This document shows, one piece after another, positions 59,802-64,000 of a DNA stretch of 64,000 nt. The stretch's first letter is position 1. Every line of letters begins with the position of its first letter. A program made the position numbers and the translations under genes. Under the pieces are notes generated by a model. That model was not told the DNA's origin and made no database searches. It saw only the letters and a list, made by a program, of their open reading frames with translations. Source of the DNA: Moniliella sp. 'wahieum' (Eukaryota); NCBI GenBank assembly GCA_003971905.1, contig RSEE01000024.1, positions 124,001 to 188,000 of the forward strand. The letters run 5' to 3'.

Positions 59802-60732
59802 ATGCCCATCACTACCGAGACCATCTCGCCCGAGGAGATCCAGCGCCTGATGGCCGAGTCGGGCCTGCAGGAGAAGCTGCCAGACGACTTATCCCTTTTG
59901 CCCCGGGCGTCCAGCAACGCACCGCGCCCAGCAAGTCCCAGAAAAAGCGGGCCAAAAACGCAGCAAAAAAGGCACAGGCCAGTTCGTCGGGGGTGCGCGG
60001 GCCTGCCTCTTCTTCCTTTGCTCCAGGGGGGGGAGGGATGGAAGAACCACGTATCCGCGAGCTTGACTCAGATGAGGAGTTGGACGACGATGTACCCCTT
60101 ACCACGCAGACGATTGAGGTACGCCCGGGCGAAGAGGTGGCTTTGGATGAGAGGGAAAGCGATGACGAATCGCAAGATGAACTTTCGCCCTTTGCCTTGC
60201 GGGTCTTTGATGGAATCATCTGGACAGTGCCCTTTGGTTTCCTTTTGCTTCTACTGTCCATTCTCATCAAGCAGCAGTACGCCATGGAACCTACATTCTT
60301 GAGCGAAGTATGGGAGCAGTCAACCAACTTTCCCTGTACGTGCCTTTCTCGTTGTTCGGATGGGTTCCATACCACGACGCTGACCTCTCTCTGTTCAGTC
60401 CTTGGCCTCTTCATTTACTTTACTCTCTCTCCCAATCTACCTCGCGAGAATCGATAAACCAAGCCATCCTTTCCCCCTCTCTCTGGTGACAGGTGCCTCT
60501 TTCCTGTTTGTTCTTGAACGGGTACGTGCAGTTTTTATACCCTCTGGTTGCACTCAGAGCTAACTGTCTTGTCTCTCAGTCTATGTGGATGACAGTGGTG
60601 CGTCGCACTCCGCCGTTGGGGACAATTTGGATCTATTCGATGGTACGGTTGCGGTTGCCCCTGGCCGTGGCAAACCTGGTGTTGGTCTGGGCGTTCACCA
60701 AATATGTGGGGCTAGAGCTCAAGATCTTCTAA
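59802..60732 (+). CDS. Fungal hypothetical multi-pass membrane protein; introns ~60336-60398 and ~60522-60579
   Basis: ISPEEIQRLMAESG, acidic linker, FDGIIWTVPFGFLLLLLSILIKQQYA, VVRRTPPLGTIWIYSMVRLRL; two canonical GTACGT..CTRAC..CAG introns. Confidence 0.7.
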
Positions 60733-61117
60733 GCATTGACTACCATGTTGTCCAGTCACCTTGGCCCTTTATGTGCCATACAGATCACAGAAACGGAGTG
60801 GCGAAGTGAGCAGGACCTAATCGACAGTGAAGACGGGGGCATAGGAAGATATATGACCACAGCCTGGGTTGGCAGCTTGGAGTATAAGCGACGGGCTGGC
60901 TACGCTGGATAGCGCGGGGTGAAATGTCAAAGTGCCCAAGGGCGTATCGTGTTTTTTTTTTTTTTTTTTTTTTCGTGTTTTATTTCTTTTTTGCGGCCAC
61001 GGCGGCGGATGAAAGGATGAAACATCGCTGTGGTTCTGGCCGCCTGGTGTGCGCGTCGGCAGCAGGCCTTACTGGTTACCCCCTCCCCGTCGGCGCCTCC
61101 CCCCCACCGCCGTGCGC

Positions 61118-62678
61118 ATGGCCAGCTCCAGTGCCCCCACCGGCCCCAGAGCCCAGCGGGCGTCCTTGGCCACCTCCTCGGGCGCTGGCGTGTATGGTGC
61201 GGTCGTCAGGGCACTGCAGGACGACTCTGACGCTCGCCACCGCTCCGACCCCGACCGCCCCGACTCCCCCTCGGCCTCCGACTCGGACACTTCCCTCGAC
61301 GCCCTGGACGAGGCTACTGCCGAGGCCGAGGAGGCCCTCCGCCGCCGGCACGACTTTGGCATTGGAATCGCGCTCTTGGCCGCCGTCGTGGTCCTCTGGA
61401 CGGCGTCCAACTTTGTCACCTCCTCCCTCGTCTCCAATGGCACGGCCTCCCCCTTTTGCATCACCTACCTCAACACCTCCGTCTTCCTTCTCTACTTTGT
61501 GCCTTTCTGCTGCTCCGCAACCCACCGGCCACCACCTTCGAAGCGTGCTCCGTCGCCGACGTGGTACCACACCCTCGGCTTTCTTTGGCCTCCTGCCAAC
61601 GCTGCTCCTACCCACCCCTCTACGCTCCGCTCCCGCCGCTCCTGGTCCGCGTTCTTGGCTTGCCGCCCCCCCTCCCTTCTTCGTCTTCGGCCGCGCTCGC
61701 TCCTACCTTGGGCGCGTCCAGGGACGCTGAAACGTCCGCAATGGCCTTGAGTGACCTGCACGTCGTTCATCCACCGCCGCTGACCGTGTCGGAAACAAGG
61801 GTAGCCGCCTGGTTTGCCATCCAATGGTTTGTTGCCAATTACGCCGTCAACACAGCCTTGGGCCTGACCAGTGTTGCGAGTGCGACCACGCTTAGTTCCG
61901 CCTCGGGTCTGTTTACCCTTCTGGTCGGCGCAGCTGCCGGCACCGAACGCTTTACGACAGCCAAGGTCCTGGCCACCCTGGCCACCTTGGTCGGTGTCGG
62001 CTTGGTGGCCAATGCCGATTCCCATTCTTCTGCTGCGGCCGAGGAAGGGGCAGGCGGGCAAATGTATGCGTTGGTGGGGGATTTGCTTGCTCTCGTTTCG
62101 GCGCTGATGTATGCGCTCTATGTCGTCTACCTCAAGCGTGCGGTGGGGGAGGACAGTCGGCTTAGTATGCCCTTCTTCTTTGCGCTGGTGGGCTTGTGGA
62201 GCGTGATCCTTTTCTTGCCGTTGGGCTTGCTGTTGCACCTGACGGGGCTTGAGACGCTTTCGCTCCCGCACGACGCACGAGCCTGGTTGGGCGTGAGCAC
62301 GAATATGCTGATCACATTAACTTCTGACTTGGCCTACCTTTTGGCCATGCTCAAGTCCAGCCCTTGGCCGCGACAGTCGGCTTGAGCCTTACCATTCCGC
62401 TCGCGGCCATCGTAGATGCAGCATGGGGTGGCGTACGACAACGTGCGTCCCAAGTGCTCGGGGACGGCTTGGTGCTCCTTGCGTTCGTCGGGATCGGATG
62501 GACAGAATCGTTTCAAGCGACGGCCGATGCCGTCTTGGCTGTCCACCAAGAATTTCTCGCCGCCGAAGGCAACGGTCTCTCCCCCTCGGACCCAGACCAC
62601 CCTTCTCGCCGCTTCTCCCGCTCTCGATCCCGCGCACGATCCCGATCCCGCTCTCGACGACCCGAGTCGCCCCTCTAA
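61118..62678 (+). CDS. DMT/EamA-type transporter, SLC35F5 / Thi74 / YML018C-like
   Basis: GIALLAAVVVLWTASNF, PFCITYLNTS.F.LY, WFVANYAVN.ALGLTSVASATTLSSASGLFTL, GDLLALVSALMYALYVVYLK, SDLAY..AMLKSSP..ATVGLSLTIPLA. Confidence 0.9.
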
Positions 62679-64000
62679 CTCCCCCGCTGGGCCCGCTCCC
62701 CCGGGCCCTTGGACTGCTGCTGCTATTTCCCCCCCTTGTCCTTTTCCTTCTCCCCCCCTCCCCCTCCTACTGCATGCTACACAGGATCTCAATCCCATAT
62801 TTAGCCTTGCGGCTCTGATTAGCTTCGATTCCTTTTCAGGAGCGGGGGTGCACTTCGTCTGTCCCCCCTACCCCCTGCCCTTACCATCCATTCTTCCCAC
62901 CCTTCCCCCCGCCTTCTCCTGGCCTTCCTGATCCGATCCAGCCCAGCCCACTTGCTCCTTGCCCCCCCTCGACGCTCCACGACAGACTGCTGCCAACGGC
63001 ACCCCGGGGTCCACCCCGTCTCACTCTCACCGTCGGACGGGGGGGGAGCGCACCCGTCCCCGTGGATAGAACAACCAGGCAGAGCAGTGAAGTCACTAGG
63101 CAGGCCTCAGGCGTCCGTCAGGCTGAGCCCTAAGCCTCCGCTCCCAGCAACGCAGCCAGACCCTTCGGCCCCAGCTAGTCCGCCTGCACCCCCACCGGAC
63201 CGTGGGGCATGGTGTCCCGCGCCCACGGCGAACGCTGGATCGCGCTGAGAGGTACCGTGCCTGAGGTATAGGAGGGTATGTAGCAACCAAGGCGCTTCCC
63301 CAGTACCATAAGAAGTACGAACTAGGAAACGAGCTAAGAGCTACCGGTCTCTTGGAGGTAAAAACCGAGCCTACGTAGCAAGCGGGCAAGCGGGGGTACT
63401 AAGGCCCAAAGCCTAATGTTTGACGCTGGAGGCGTAGTAGACGTAGGTAGACACAGACGCGTCGCGCGCACCGAGCACGCAGACAGGGTCAGGCTCACCT
63501 GTACAAGGCAAATAGGAGGGACTAGATAGATAGGGGAGAGCAGGGGCAAAAAAGGGCCCAAGCGGCCGGCGGAGCTTCAAGCCAGGTCGCCGGTCAGGCC
63601 AGCGGACGGGAAACGAAAATGGAAACGGAAACGGAAATGGAAACGGATAGACGGGGCATGGCGCGTGGGGAGAGGGGGAGGGCGAAGGGCTACCCAATCG
63701 GGGCGCAAGGCCTGTGATTAGGGACTCCCCATCGCCTCGAAATGGAACTGCGGCGGCCGCAAGGCCGCAAGGCCCCAACGCACCGAACGCACCGACGCAC
63801 CGACGCACCAAAACGAAAGCGGGGGGGAATGCGGAGCCAAAGGAGGAGCCCAACCCACCAGAGTTCAGGCCCAGGCCAACAGAGTCACAGCCCCCACGCT
63901 CGTCCCCAGTGCGAGCAACCAGGCTTGGTTGTCTCTTGCCCCCGCGGCGCCGGAGGAGCGGGTGCTGTGACTCGGGGCGGACGAGGGGAGCAAGGAACTC

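Noticed and set aside
848..62678. Programmed frameshifting or stop-codon readthrough (e.g. TGA CTA PTS1 extension) as an explanation for broken ORFs
   Set aside because: Breaks are scattered single-base deletions without a shared slippery or stimulator signal; none of the stops checked has a TGA-CTA context or a PTS1 extension
63243..63290. GCTGAGA..TACCG resembling a TPP riboswitch start, near a Thi74-like transporter (similar GCTGAGA at 43157)
   Set aside because: The conserved 3' half (CTGAT..AAT..GCG..GG) is absent and the site is not in an intron or 5' UTR
84..63853. Many long antisense or overlapping ORFs in the track (e.g. 587-1534+, 4844-6241+, 30381-32108+, 40509-41519-)
   Set aside because: Shadow frames of GC-rich genes, Arg/Pro/Ala-rich with no motifs; many use non-ATG starts that are inappropriate for a fungus
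62700..64000. Possible gene at the right edge, including GGAAAY hexamer and GCACCGAC repeats
   Set aside because: No frame or strand could be supported with motifs; left uncalled

Overview
GC-rich, compact, intron-poor eukaryotic DNA that reads as fungal. Short GT-AG introns with CTRAC branch points, short tRNA introns and the gene content suggest a basidiomycete, probably Ustilaginomycotina (inference). It holds about 20 protein genes: GAA1, mitochondrial IF3, MSS51, an unknown membrane protein, a long protein ending in an HD domain, a Rad5/Uls1-type SNF2 ATPase, DDI1, LEU4, a secreted DPBB/RlpA-like protein, TAF13, a CCX cation exchanger, a PQ-loop transporter, an MHYT protein, GRG1, PRE8, ISU1, a UBP2-like deubiquitinase, a GEN1/YEN1-like nuclease, a small membrane protein and an SLC35F/EamA transporter. 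There are also three intron-containing tRNAs (Ser-CGA, Gln-CTG, Phe-GAA). Almost every CDS is broken by 1-nt deletions, mostly in homopolymers, as expected from an unpolished long-read assembly, so gene ends are reconstructed by eye. Most interesting: (1) a protein with a PRAS40/Lobe-like Zn module and an FLMDE TOS-like motif, apparently fused to an HD 5'-deoxynucleotidase; (2) a 4-nt microexon; (3) a family of dyad-symmetric 7-bp-period intergenic repeats; (4) a decayed Tus1/Rom-type RhoGEF copy that the ORF track shows only as fragments; (5) an MHYT sensor with no recognisable output domain; (6) a GGTGGC-dense minisatellite. No CRISPR, rRNA or intact mobile element was seen.
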